A stretch of 64,000 bases of DNA from assembly GCA_963806225.1 (NCBI GenBank), contig CAWDXG010000004.1, forward strand, positions 1,952,001 through 2,016,000, given 5' to 3'. Within the stretch, counting starts at the first letter, position 1. Every line of letters begins with the position of its first letter. The stretch comes from an uncultured delta proteobacterium (GTDB lineage Bacteria; Myxococcota_A; Polyangia; Polyangiales; Polyangiaceae). This document shows positions 53,791-63,603 of this stretch, piece by piece. The notes beneath the pieces were generated by a model, which worked only from the letters and a program-made list of their open reading frames with translations, had not been told where the DNA came from and ran no database searches. A program made the position numbers and the translations under genes.

Positions 53791-55901
53791 CGCACGCGCC
53801 CCGGCGGAGGTGTGGTGCGCCTGATCGGAACGACGCCTTCCAGTTTCGACAAAGCGCGCTGGATGGCTTCCTTGACGAGCGGCTCGTCCTCGCCGGCGAG
53901 TTTGGCGCGAAGCAGTCGCATGCCAGGTTCGCCGCCGAGGCGGCCCAGCAGGTCCGCCGCCAACCGGCGTACGTCCCATGCTTCGTGATCGAGACACGCA
54001 CCCAGGTGGGCGCCAACGCGTGCATCCCGCTCGTCGGTCAGCACGCGGAGCGCAGCTTTGACGACCTCGGCTTCGGGGTGGGACAGCGCGTCGATCAGGG
54101 CGTCGACACGCCGCTGGTCGTGCAGGCGGCCTAGAGCCTCGACCGCAGCTACGGCGGACATCGGATCACCGCTGCGAGCCAGGGGTCTGAGCACACTCAC
54201 AGCGCGAGCGTCGCCGGCCTCGCCCAGTGCGCTGATCGCGGCGGCGACTAGAGCCTGGTCCTCGGCCGCGCGCACCAGCTCCAGCAGATGCTCGACGCCC
54301 GCGGCCCCGCCGCTCTCGTCGCGCAGGCGCCCCAGCGCGTGCACGGCAGCCAGCTGCACCTCCAGCTCCTCGTCCGTGAGCGCGAACGCCACGGCCTCCA
54401 CACCCAGCGCACTGCCGAGCGCGGCCAGCGCGTCGAGCGCCGCGCGTCGTGCGGCGCTGCTATCGCTGCTGAGGACCGACGACAGGAAGCCGACGTCGTC
54501 GGCTAGCGTGTCCCGGACCGGCTCCCCCAGTGCGGCCAGGATGACCGCTGCGGAATGCGCGTCGGGGCTCTCCGGCGTCGCGCCGCGAGCCAGGCTCTGC
54601 GCCACGGCGGGGAAGCGGCGTGCCAGCTCGGACAGGGCGCTCGCGGCAGCCTGTCGCACCCGCGCCGGCGCGCCCTCGCGCGCCAGCCAGTCCGCGACAG
54701 GGCGCACGCAGCTCTCGTCGCCAATCATGGCCAGCGCAGTCAGCGCGGCGCCCGCCACGTCGAACGACTCGTCGGAAAGCGCCGCCCGGATGGCCCGCAC
54801 GGCCTGAGCCCGGGTCCCGGCATCCGCCAGACGTCCCAGCATCTCGATGAACACCCCGCGCTCGGGAACGCGGCTGTCGGTCGCGCGCCGGATCAGCAGC
54901 GGAACGGCGCGAGCGCCCAGGAGCGAGAGCGCCTGCTCACCCTCGGCGGCAACGCGATCGTCGACTAGCGCGTCCACGGCCAGCTCTACCGCGGCATCGC
55001 CGTCCAGCATCCCGACCAGAACCAGCGCGGTGCGTCGCGCATCCAGCGCATCGCCCTGGGTCGCGCTCGCTTCCTCCAGCAAGCGCTCCCGCACCTGGGG
55101 AGAGAGGTTGGCGAGCGCCGACCGGACGGTCCCGCGCAGGTCGACATCGGCTCCAAGCAGATCCACCAGTGCCGAGACCGTGTCGTACCAACCGGAACCA
55201 CGAGCGCGCTCCAGGGCGCGCGCCAGCACAGGCGCCGCGCGCTCGTCGCCACTCCGACCCGCCGCCAGCCATGCCGAGTGCTCCAGCACGGGATCGTCGA
55301 GCATCGGCTCGATCCGCTCCCAGGCCAGCACGACTCCCAGGCGGTTGAGACCGTCGAGCGCAGTCAACCGCTGGAAACTGTCGTCGGCCTCCAGACAACG
55401 CTGCAGCAGCGGGACCGCATCATCGAGACACGTCGTACCGCTCTGTGCGATCGCCTCGGTGACAGCAGCGCGCACGTTGACGTCCGGGTCGCCGAGCATC
55501 GTTTTCAGCACGACCAGTGCCGACGAATGCCCGCTGCCTCCGAGCGCCTCGGCGGCCAGCTTGCGCCCATCGGCGTCGAGAGACCCGAGCGCGCGGCTCA
55601 ACGCATGGACGGCGTTCTTGCCGTACCCGGCCAGCGCTTCCACCGCGGCGTTGCGCAACCCGACGTTTTCGCCGGGACCGAGCGCGTCGACGAGTCCCGA
55701 GAGGACCGCGGGCGAGGGCGCCATCGCCGTCGCAACCGAGGTTGCTTCCTTGCGAACGCGCCAGTCCTCGTCCCCGAGCGCCTTCATAAGCAGGTGCACA
55801 GCGCCATCACCGCCGTGCCGGACCAGCTCGGCAGCAGCACGACGACGCTCTTCGGGGTCAGCCGACTCGAGCCTTTTCTCTACGCCGGCGATTGGGTTCA
55901 A
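53787..55901 (-). CDS. HEAT-repeat protein within the chemosensory operon
   Basis: Repeated L.D.D..VR..A..AL units (ALGDEDWRVRKEA, MLGDPDVNVRAAV, LDHEAWDVRRLAA). Probable TTG start overlapping the cheW stop. Confidence 0.85.
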   Translation of the reverse strand: MNPIAGVEKRLESADPEERRRAAAELVRHGGDGAVHLLMKALGDEDWRVRKEATSVATAMAPSPAVLSGLVDALGPGENVGLRNAAVEALAGYGKNAVHALSRALGSLDADGRKLAAEALGGSGHSSALVVLKTMLGDPDVNVRAAVTEAIAQSGTTCLDDAVPLLQRCLEADDSFQRLTALDGLNRLGVVLAWERIEPMLDDPVLEHSAWLAAGRSGDERAAPVLARALERARGSGWYDTVSALVDLLGADVDLRGTVRSALANLSPQVRERLLEEASATQGDALDARRTALVLVGMLDGDAAVELAVDALVDDRVAAEGEQALSLLGARAVPLLIRRATDSRVPERGVFIEMLGRLADAGTRAQAVRAIRAALSDESFDVAGAALTALAMIGDESCVRPVADWLAREGAPARVRQAAASALSELARRFPAVAQSLARGATPESPDAHSAAVILAALGEPVRDTLADDVGFLSSVLSSDSSAARRAALDALAALGSALGVEAVAFALTDEELEVQLAAVHALGRLRDESGGAAGVEHLLELVRAAEDQALVAAAISALGEAGDARAVSVLRPLARSGDPMSAVAAVEALGRLHDQRRVDALIDALSHPEAEVVKAALRVLTDERDARVGAHLGACLDHEAWDVRRLAADLLGRLGGEPGMRLLRAKLAGEDEPLVKEAIQRALSKLEGVVPIRRTTPPPGRVR

Positions 55902-56395
55902 CGCTGCTCCTCGGCGACATCGAGCAGCCCCTGCTGCGCGAGCGGCGCGGTGAGAGCGGCGAACCGATCCACCTCGAGAACGAAGGTCATCCGCCCGTCG
56001 TGGGTCGCAACGCCGGCGATGCCGCGCACGTCGTCTCCGGTCCCGAGCGCGGGCGCGTCGCGCAGCTCCGCGCCGCCGGTACCGAACACCTCGGTCACGT
56101 GATCCACGACGAGCCCGACGCTGCGCCCCTCCACATCGACCAGGATCCACTTGGTCCGGCCCGAGTCGCTTGCTGACGGCAGCCCGAAGCGCGTGCGGAG
56201 ATCGACGACCGGCACGACCTCCCCACGGTGGTCCGCCACTCCGATCACGGAGCCCGGAGCGTGCGGCAGCTCGGTCAGCCGGAGCGGATTGACGATCTCG
56301 CGGACCGCACCGATGGGAACCGCATAGGCGACATCGCCGACGACGAAGCCGACCAGGCTCTTCTCGGGATCGGGGCGTTGCTTGTCGCTGGCCAT
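55898..56395 (-). CDS. cheW: CheW coupling protein
   Basis: YAVPIGAVREIV, LPHAP, RGEVVPVVDLR, GLVVDHV. Confidence 0.92.
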   Translation of the reverse strand: MASDKQRPDPEKSLVGFVVGDVAYAVPIGAVREIVNPLRLTELPHAPGSVIGVADHRGEVVPVVDLRTRFGLPSASDSGRTKWILVDVEGRSVGLVVDHVTEVFGTGGAELRDAPALGTGDDVRGIAGVATHDGRMTFVLEVDRFAALTAPLAQQGLLDVAEEQR

Positions 56396-56403
56396 GGCAA
56401 TCC

Positions 56404-56886
56404 TCAGCTCGAAACGATGCTCTTCAGGTCCAGAAGGATGATCAGCTGTCCGGCGGGACGACTGATGCCGACAACATGTTCAGAGATGTCGCCGCCCAGA
56501 ACGGCGGACGCCAGCTCGATGCTGGACTCGGCCAGGCGCATCACCTGCCGCACCTCGTCGACGAACAGGCCGATGACTTCACCATCCGGCGCTTCCGCGA
56601 GCAGGATGCGGGCGCGGCGCGTGGCAGGGCGCTCCTCCAGCTTGAGCCGGCGCCGGAGGTCCACCACGGTCACCAGCAGGCCCCGTACGCTGCACACCCC
56701 CAGGACCTCCGAAGGCGCGCGCGGCACTTCGGTGATCGGTGGCGGGCTCAGGATCTCGCGGATGCGGGTCAGCTCCACCCCGTAGATGTCGCCGGACAGC
56801 ATGAAGACCAGGAACTCGCGAACCGCAACGAGCCCATCCGGAGACGGCTCCGGGGCCCGGCGGGGGCGTCTGACGAGCTCAGCCAT
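56404..56886 (-). CDS. cheW: CheW coupling protein
   Basis: EFLVFML, IREIL, TEVPRAP, VRGLLVTVVDLR, GLFVDEV. Confidence 0.92.
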   Translation of the reverse strand: MAELVRRPRRAPEPSPDGLVAVREFLVFMLSGDIYGVELTRIREILSPPPITEVPRAPSEVLGVCSVRGLLVTVVDLRRRLKLEERPATRRARILLAEAPDGEVIGLFVDEVRQVMRLAESSIELASAVLGGDISEHVVGISRPAGQLIILLDLKSIVSS

Positions 56887-58996
56887 CCGCCCTCCGGATC
56901 CCCTGCTTCGCTTCCACCCCCGCGAGCACCTCTTCAATCAGCGCGGCTGGGTCGAGCACCAGGCCGACGCGCTGATCGCCGAGCTCGGTCGCGCCGGTGA
57001 AACCCCGCACTTTCGACAGCGAGCGGCCCAGCGACTTGATCACGATGTCCTGCTGCCCGAACAGGCGGTCCACAACGAGTCCCAACCGGCGGCTTCCCAT
57101 CGACGCGACGACCACAAAACGCCGTCTGGGTTCTCCGTCGCTCCGCTCGAGCCTGAGCAGCCGGTCGAGCCGACACAAGGGCAGCGTCGTGCCCCGCAAC
57201 GTCATGACCTCGCGCGAGTCGACGAGCCGCACACCGGAACCGTCGAACGAGATCGCTTCCGACACGCTGCTGAGCGGGATCGCAAAGACCCTCCCGGCGA
57301 CATCGACAACCAGCGCGCTGACGATCGCGAGCGTGATCGGCAGCGTGATGGTCATCTTCGTGCCGATCCCCCTTTCGGTGTGCACGTCGATGACCCCGCC
57401 CAGACGGCTGATGTTGGTCTTGACGATGTCCATCCCCACGCCGCGGCCGCTGAGATCGTTGGCTTCGGCGCGTGTACTGATTCCGGGAAGGAAGATCAGG
57501 CCGAGCACCTCGTCGCGCGTGAGCTCACCCGCTTCGTCGGCTTGGAGCTTGCCGAGCTGGACGGCCTTGGCGACCAGCGCTTCGTCGTCGATGCCCTGAC
57601 CGTCGTCCTCGATCTCGATCATCACGTGATTGCCCTTCTGGAAGGCATTCAGCGCAATGGTCCCCGCCTGCGGCTTGCCCACCTCGCTGCGCTCGGCGGC
57701 GGGCTCGATGCCGTGATCGATCGCGTTGCGGATCATGTGCATCAGCGGATCGCTGAGCTCTTCCACGATGAGCTTGTCGATCTCGGTCTCTGCGCCGGTG
57801 ATGACCAGGCGGATCTCCTTTTCTACCTCGCGGCTGAGCTGGCGTACCACGCGCGCCAGTCGGTCGAAGACCTGGCCCAGCGGAACCATCCGCACCTCGA
57901 GGATGCCGTCCTGCATCTCGGTCAGGCGTCGGTCGAAGTTCCGGTGAAGGCGCAGAAGCTCGGTGGCAAGCTGGCGCTGACCTTCGCCACGCAGACGCTC
58001 TGCCACCCGCGACAGGCTGCTGCGCACGATGGCCAACTCGCCAACGATATTCATCAGATGGTCGAGCTTGCGGATGTCGACGCGCACCGTCTGGCTCACG
58101 GATCGCAGCGACGACGCCAACTCGAGATGTTCCGACTCCGCCGCGCCAGGTTCCGGCACCAGCGACTCGGCGGAGGGGAAGGCGGTCGGCAACCTGGGCG
58201 CGGTGTCAACAGGGGGCGGCAGGGTTCCGGGCGCGGCCAGCGAACGCCGGGAACGGCGAGGGATCTCCTCGATAACAACGTTGTCCGCTCCCAGCGACCC
58301 AATCAGCGTTGCCAGGTCGTCGTGCGACGCCATCAGGAGATCGAGCTCGATCGTGTCGGCGCTGGTCGCGTCGCCCGTGGGGAGATAGGTGATGATCTCG
58401 CCGTGACGCTTGGCGCGCTCCTTCATGTCCTCGAGCGCCTTGTCGATCGTCGTGAGATTGAACTGCACGCGGAGGCGGTAGAGCCTGAACCCCTGCTCGA
58501 TGTTGGTGACGAGGCGATGTTCCTCGTATTCCGTCAGGACGGCGAGAGTGCCGGGGTCGAGCTCGTACTCGGTGCTCGGGCTGGCGCGCTGCTGGGCTCC
58601 TGCTCCCAGGCGCTGCAACTTCGCGATGAGCTCGTCGACGGCGGAGATCGACTTGTCGGACCCCTCCTTCTCCGCGGTGAGGATCTGCGCGTACACGTCG
58701 ATCGCGCGGAACAGTACGTCGAGGACCTGGGCGCTCAGCTCCATACGGCCCAGGCGCAGATCGTCGAGGACGTCCTCCAGCTGGTGGGATAGCGAACCCA
58801 TGCGGGTCGCGCCGAACAGCCCTGCCAGACCCTTGAGCGTGTGGACCGCGCGGAACGCCTCGTTCACCAGCGAGGGATCGCTGGAGCCGCTCTTCTGCGC
58901 CGCGTCCAGCGCTAGAAGGTTGCGCGAGAAGCTCTCGATGATTTCCTGCGCCTCGGAGAAGAACTCCTCGCGCGCCTTGTCTGTAGGCTCAACCAT
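56879..58996 (-). CDS. cheA: Chemotaxis histidine kinase
   Basis: FRAVHTLKG (Hpt His), TVRVDIRKLD, HMIRNAIDHGIE, DDGQGID, SGRGVGMD, C-terminal CheW-like domain. Confidence 0.97.
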   Translation of the reverse strand: MVEPTDKAREEFFSEAQEIIESFSRNLLALDAAQKSGSSDPSLVNEAFRAVHTLKGLAGLFGATRMGSLSHQLEDVLDDLRLGRMELSAQVLDVLFRAIDVYAQILTAEKEGSDKSISAVDELIAKLQRLGAGAQQRASPSTEYELDPGTLAVLTEYEEHRLVTNIEQGFRLYRLRVQFNLTTIDKALEDMKERAKRHGEIITYLPTGDATSADTIELDLLMASHDDLATLIGSLGADNVVIEEIPRRSRRSLAAPGTLPPPVDTAPRLPTAFPSAESLVPEPGAAESEHLELASSLRSVSQTVRVDIRKLDHLMNIVGELAIVRSSLSRVAERLRGEGQRQLATELLRLHRNFDRRLTEMQDGILEVRMVPLGQVFDRLARVVRQLSREVEKEIRLVITGAETEIDKLIVEELSDPLMHMIRNAIDHGIEPAAERSEVGKPQAGTIALNAFQKGNHVMIEIEDDGQGIDDEALVAKAVQLGKLQADEAGELTRDEVLGLIFLPGISTRAEANDLSGRGVGMDIVKTNISRLGGVIDVHTERGIGTKMTITLPITLAIVSALVVDVAGRVFAIPLSSVSEAISFDGSGVRLVDSREVMTLRGTTLPLCRLDRLLRLERSDGEPRRRFVVVASMGSRRLGLVVDRLFGQQDIVIKSLGRSLSKVRGFTGATELGDQRVGLVLDPAALIEEVLAGVEAKQGIRRADG

Positions 58997-59396
58997 TCGG
59001 CTCGGCGTGCTGGCGCGGGCGCGCGAGCTGCCGAACGGTCTCCTCGCGCAACAACTCCGGCGTAAAGGGTTTGGCCAGGTAGCCGTCCGCGCCTAGCGCC
59101 AGCCCGCGCTCACGGTCGCGATCGGAGGACTGGGTCGAGATGAGCAGCACAGGCAAGTCCCTGTGCCGCTCGCTCTTCCGGATGAACTGCACCAGCTCGA
59201 GTCCGTTGATGTCGGGCATGTTGATGTCCGTGATCACGAGATCGTAGTGGCCTCGCGGCAGCAGGCGCAGCGCATCGAACCCACTGGACGCCTCGACCAC
59301 TTCGAGCTCCCCCATGCCGGCCTCCTCCGCCTCGAGCGCACTGCGCACGAACGCGCGCATGCTCACGGAATCCTCGACCACGAGAATGCGATGCAC
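58989..59396 (-). CDS. cheY: Single-domain response regulator (CheY-like)
   Basis: ILVVEDS, ITDINMPDING, YLAKPF. Confidence 0.9.
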   Translation of the reverse strand: MHRILVVEDSVSMRAFVRSALEAEEAGMGELEVVEASSGFDALRLLPRGHYDLVITDINMPDINGLELVQFIRKSERHRDLPVLLISTQSSDRDRERGLALGADGYLAKPFTPELLREETVRQLARPRQHAEPNG

Positions 59397-60307
59397 TATT
59401 TCCCCGCTCCTCCAGCGCGCATCTTGCGCGGGGCGCGGTCCAACCGCCTGGCCTTGGCCCCCGGCTCCTTGCCGGGAGCGTAGTAGAGCGACTGCCGCTT
59501 CATCGGCTTCTCGTCGAACTCGCCCATCAGCCAGGCCTCGAGGTCCTTCCAGAGCTCCGGGTGCGCATCGCCGAGCAGCTTTGCCGAGTGGTATCGGCCG
59601 GAATAGCGCTTGACCGTGCCGGCCATGGCCATGTGCGCGAGAGCGTCCATGGGTGACCGCGAAATGATGTCGTCACTGGACGCGGCAAGGAAGGTGGGGA
59701 GGTTCCGCACCTGGGCATACGGGTGGTACACATCCACGCCGTCGATCGCGGCAGCCGGCGAGATCAGCGCAAGCGCCGTCACTTTCGGCTCGCTGTACGC
59801 GACCCTCGAAACGAGCGCGGCACCCAGCGATGAACCGACCAGCACCACACCGCGGGCGCGCCCACCGCTCTCTTCGAGAACCTCGTGGATCGCAGCCTGG
59901 ACGTCCTGGCTGCCCAGCTCGCCGGGGTCCAGCTTCCCGGGGTGAAGCGGCGGCGGGGAGGCGCCCGAACCCCGGCGGTCGAATGCGAGGAGAGTGAAGC
60001 GCTTGTCGGCCTTCGCCAACCGCTGCACCAGCGGCTTGAACTCGCTCTGCGATCCGTCCTGCCGGTGCACCAGCACGACGGCTGGGGCCGAGTGATCCGC
60101 GGCCAGGTATAGCTCCCCTGCCAGCATCTCGCCGTCCGCCGTCTTGAAATGGACGTCCCGCTTCGGTGTGGGAGGCGGTCCCGATTTCGCGGGCGCCTGG
60201 GTGGGCCTAGCGGCGATCGTCGGAGCCGGCGCCGGCGTCTTGCCCGAGTTGCACCCGACCGCGAACACGACGAGAGTCAGCGCGCTGATCCAGACCGGTC
60301 GAAGCAC
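59396..60307 (-). CDS. Alpha/beta-hydrolase lipoprotein
   Basis: Lipobox AVGC, FDRRGSGAS, nucleophile elbow GSSLG, plausible catalytic Asp and His. Confidence 0.8.
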   Translation of the reverse strand: MLRPVWISALTLVVFAVGCNSGKTPAPAPTIAARPTQAPAKSGPPPTPKRDVHFKTADGEMLAGELYLAADHSAPAVVLVHRQDGSQSEFKPLVQRLAKADKRFTLLAFDRRGSGASPPPLHPGKLDPGELGSQDVQAAIHEVLEESGGRARGVVLVGSSLGAALVSRVAYSEPKVTALALISPAAAIDGVDVYHPYAQVRNLPTFLAASSDDIISRSPMDALAHMAMAGTVKRYSGRYHSAKLLGDAHPELWKDLEAWLMGEFDEKPMKRQSLYYAPGKEPGAKARRLDRAPRKMRAGGAGK

Positions 60308-60428
60308 CGAGCCATGGTAGCAGCTTGCAGGGCCGGCGGGCAGCAGCCGACCGGCGCGCCTGGATTTCCCGGGGGTATCGGCGTCTGTAGCCGAACCGCC
60401 GGGTGTCGACTACTATGCGTCGGTCACA

Positions 60429-61781
60429 ATGCCGAGTGGAGAGCACCACGGAGGGGCGGGCTCCGCCAATGCCGCCGATACCCGCCGAGCGGACGGGGGC
60501 GCAGAAGCGCTGACCGATCCGGCGCGGCCGGTCCGCGCTACGCCGGCCCCCCGGTCCACCCCCGGCGAGGCCAAGCAGCACGTCCAGGCCGCGCTGGCAG
60601 CGGGAACGCGCACTGGAGCGAGCCTGAGCGCATTGTTCCAGGCCGTCGAACAGATGACGGACGGGCTGAGCGGCGCCCGGGAGGCGAACCAGCAGCTCGT
60701 CGAGGAGCTCCAGACGATGCGCCAGATGCTCGACGAGCGCATCGAGGAAAACGCTTCGCTGCAGGAACAGCTGGGGGCGCTGACGGGCGAGCGCGATCAC
60801 GCGCTGCGCGAGCTGGAACAGATACGAGCCGACGCGGAGCGGGAACGCGGTTTTCTGGTCGACGAGCAGGACCGTTTCCTTGCTGCGCTGCTCGAGGATC
60901 ACGAGCAGGCCCTGGACGCACTGCGACGTGAACGCGATGAAGCGCGCAGGCGTGGCGCGACAAGCCAGCGCGACCCGCCGACCAAGCCGGGAACGCCCAT
61001 GGCCGGCGACGACCGCGCGGCCGAGACCGCACACGAGCTGCTCGAGGCGCGGCGCACGATCGAGAAGCTGATGACCGAGCGCAATCGCTCGCGCTCGATG
61101 TTGCGCCTGATCAGAGCCCAACGCGACGAGGCGCAGGCCGCGCTGGCCGGTGCCGGCGACGGCGAGAGCGACGGCGAATTGAACGTGACGGTGACAGCGG
61201 CCCCGCTGGCGTCACCCCAGGACAGCGTCGCCACACTGCCGCCGCATCCAGGTGCCGGCCGGACGGACGAAAGAAGCGGTCGAACGACCGATCCGCAGGG
61301 TCCGCGGGCGCTGATGGCGGACGAAGCCGGGTCCGAGCGCATTACCGACCCATTGCCTCGATCTTCGCTGGCCCAGGCGCTGGAGGCCACGCGGCCCGCG
61401 CAGCTAGAGGAGTCCGGACCTCCGCAGGGACCAGTCCGCGCAGCGCCGCAGACAGCCAACGGGGCGCCGCACCGGCGCAGCACGGAACCAGGCATCGCAG
61501 CGCCGACGCCTCCGCCCGAGGAGCTGCGCGCCGCGATCACGGCGGCGCCCGCGGCGACGAAGCCGACGCAACCTGAAGGCGTCCCCGCACCGACTGACGG
61601 CAAGCCCGCGCTCAAACGCAAGCCGGACCCCACGGCACGCCCGCTCGGCGGCTACTCGCTGGGTGAAGGCGAGAATCGAAGCCGAACGCGTCGAGGGCAC
61701 GCGCCTTGGCTCGTCCAAGGCGCCGCAGCGCTGAAGCCATCGACAGGGTCGGCGCAAGCTGGGAAAACCGTGGCCCCATGA
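60429..61781 (+). CDS. Coiled-coil protein with Pro-rich disordered tail
   Basis: Heptad-rich LSALFQAVEQM...RAQRDEAQAAL, followed by a low-complexity C-terminus. Confidence 0.65.
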   Translation: MPSGEHHGGAGSANAADTRRADGGAEALTDPARPVRATPAPRSTPGEAKQHVQAALAAGTRTGASLSALFQAVEQMTDGLSGAREANQQLVEELQTMRQMLDERIEENASLQEQLGALTGERDHALRELEQIRADAERERGFLVDEQDRFLAALLEDHEQALDALRRERDEARRRGATSQRDPPTKPGTPMAGDDRAAETAHELLEARRTIEKLMTERNRSRSMLRLIRAQRDEAQAALAGAGDGESDGELNVTVTAAPLASPQDSVATLPPHPGAGRTDERSGRTTDPQGPRALMADEAGSERITDPLPRSSLAQALEATRPAQLEESGPPQGPVRAAPQTANGAPHRRSTEPGIAAPTPPPEELRAAITAAPAATKPTQPEGVPAPTDGKPALKRKPDPTARPLGGYSLGEGENRSRTRRGHAPWLVQGAAALKPSTGSAQAGKTVAP

Positions 61782-62659
61782 GCGCAGACGACGCCTCGCC
61801 GAGCGAAAACCGGAGCTCCGCCCGATGGGCGAGCCTGCGGGCGGCCGGGGTGTGCATCCTGGCACTCGCGGCGCTGCTCTTTCCGCGCATGGCACTGCCG
61901 GCCGCGTTCCTCACGTTTCTCGCGTACCTTTCCCTCCCCTCCGGCGAATTCGAGCAGCGCCGCATCTGGCGCGCGACACTGCTGGTGGCGAGCATCGCTT
62001 CAGGCGTCGCGCTGGTGCGGTTTGTTGCCCGGGAAGCACTGCCGGGCATGGTGGCGGGCGGCAACGAGGCACAGGAGCGCAGCGCGATAGCCCGGCTGCG
62101 CGAGATCCTGTTCGCCGAGGATCTGATGCGGACGAAGGCCTACGTCGATCCGGACCACGACGGCGTGGGCTCGGCGGGGCGCATCGACGAGCTCGCGGGC
62201 ACAAGCCCCGTCCGGGGCGGGCGCCGGCTCCAGGTCCCGCCGCTGAATCCGGCTTTCGGCAAGGCGGAGCAGACCCGCATCGGACCCGCCCTGCAGACCG
62301 AAGGCTATCTGTTCGTCGTGTGCGTCCCCAAGCGGGGCGGTGGTTTCACCGCCCGCCCGTCGGATGCGGTCGATGAAGAGAAGGCGGAGCGTCGCTTCAT
62401 CGCCTACGCGTGGCCCGCAGCCGCCGGGCGAAGCGTAGGGGCCGCCTACGCAATCGACGAGCACGAACGCATCCTCGAGTCGTCCAACGTCGAGCCCGGC
62501 AAGCCACGGGAGCCGCACTATGCCAGTCCCGGCTTTCCGCCGCCGTGCAACGCCGCGGTCGCGCCGACGACCCGCAATGACTGGAAGCCTTGGAAGGGCA
62601 AGAAACCGCGCCGGCGCCTACCCGGCGACAAGCCTGCGTCTTCGGCCGGCCAGCCCTAG
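61778..62659 (+). CDS. Membrane protein with pilin/DUF2950-like extracytoplasmic domain
   Basis: N-terminal TM helices, then ERSAIARLREILFAE, DPDHDGVG, GYLF, FIAYAWP. Confidence 0.5.
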   Translation: MSADDASPSENRSSARWASLRAAGVCILALAALLFPRMALPAAFLTFLAYLSLPSGEFEQRRIWRATLLVASIASGVALVRFVAREALPGMVAGGNEAQERSAIARLREILFAEDLMRTKAYVDPDHDGVGSAGRIDELAGTSPVRGGRRLQVPPLNPAFGKAEQTRIGPALQTEGYLFVVCVPKRGGGFTARPSDAVDEEKAERRFIAYAWPAAAGRSVGAAYAIDEHERILESSNVEPGKPREPHYASPGFPPPCNAAVAPTTRNDWKPWKGKKPRRRLPGDKPASSAGQP

Positions 62660-62970
62660 CCCCGGCCACGCTTGCTGACGAGCAGGGCCTTGACGGCCTG
62701 CCTCGCCAGAGACGGCACGGAGAGCATGCTGCGTGCGAGCGACATCGCTAGAGCGGCTGGAGTACTGCCGCGCGCCTCGATGGCGACCTTCTCGCCGCTG
62801 GCGGTGTCCTCGAGCGCGCCCCGCGCGATGGTGCGGGTGCCGTCGGAGCGGATTTCCACGATCATGCGTGCGACGACCGGCGGCTCGTCGGGCTGGTTGT
62901 CCAGCTCGCTGCCGCGCGCCGCGGTGATGGCGTGCGGAGCGTCGGAGCTGCTTTCCCGATCGCCGCCCAT
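62656..62970 (-). CDS. Small hypothetical protein
   Basis: EPPVVARMIVEIRSDGTRTIARGALED, protein-like and compact. Confidence 0.65.
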   Translation of the reverse strand: MGGDRESSSDAPHAITAARGSELDNQPDEPPVVARMIVEIRSDGTRTIARGALEDTASGEKVAIEARGSTPAALAMSLARSMLSVPSLARQAVKALLVSKRGRG

Positions 62971-63015
62971 GCCATCCGGTATAGCGCGCACCTGCTGGGT
63001 CGACTAGGCTCGCGC

Positions 63016-63600
63016 ATGGTTTCCGAGCAGCGTTCAAGCGTGCCCGGCGAGCCGCCGGTCGACGACAACGGGAACGATCGGCCGCGCAAACGCCGCACGC
63101 GGCTCCGCCGCTGGGCGTTCGACATCGCCTTGTTCCTGGGCTTGTATCTGGCGATCACGACCTGGCGGGAGCGCAGCCTGCTCTCGAGCGGGGCCACGCC
63201 GGCTCCGGGGTTCTCGCTCGACAACCTCGAAGGTCAGCCCGTGTCGCTCCGGAGCCTGAAGGGCAAGAGCGTGCTCGTGCACTTCTGGGCGACCTGGTGC
63301 GGCGTGTGCCGGCAGGAGTTCGGCACGCTCGACGCTGTCCAGCGTGGTCTGGACAAAAACCAGGCGCTCATCGCCATCGTCGCGGACTCGGGCAAGCCAG
63401 ACCAGGTGCGCCGCTTCGTGGCCGAGCACCACATCCACTACCCGGTGCTGCTTGGCACGCCGGCCGTGCTCCGCGCCTATCACGTCACGGTGTTCCCCAC
63501 GACCTACTTCATCGGCCCGGACGGCAAGGTGCGCGGGCACACCATCGGGATGAGCACCCGCTGGGGAATGTCGGCGCGTCTGGGCTGCGCGCGGCGCTGA
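63016..63600 (+). CDS. TlpA/ResA-family thiol:disulfide oxidoreductase
   Basis: TM anchor, APGFSL, VLVHFWATWCGVC, FPTTYFIGPDG. Confidence 0.9.
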   Translation: MVSEQRSSVPGEPPVDDNGNDRPRKRRTRLRRWAFDIALFLGLYLAITTWRERSLLSSGATPAPGFSLDNLEGQPVSLRSLKGKSVLVHFWATWCGVCRQEFGTLDAVQRGLDKNQALIAIVADSGKPDQVRRFVAEHHIHYPVLLGTPAVLRAYHVTVFPTTYFIGPDGKVRGHTIGMSTRWGMSARLGCARR

Positions 63601-63603
63601 GGC

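Noticed and set aside
61670..61781. Frameshift near the end of the coiled-coil gene (alternative tail IEAERVEGTRLGSSKAPQR, stop at 61734)
   Set aside because: Undecidable from sequence alone. The unshifted frame ends in an ATGA overlap with the next gene, which is also plausible.
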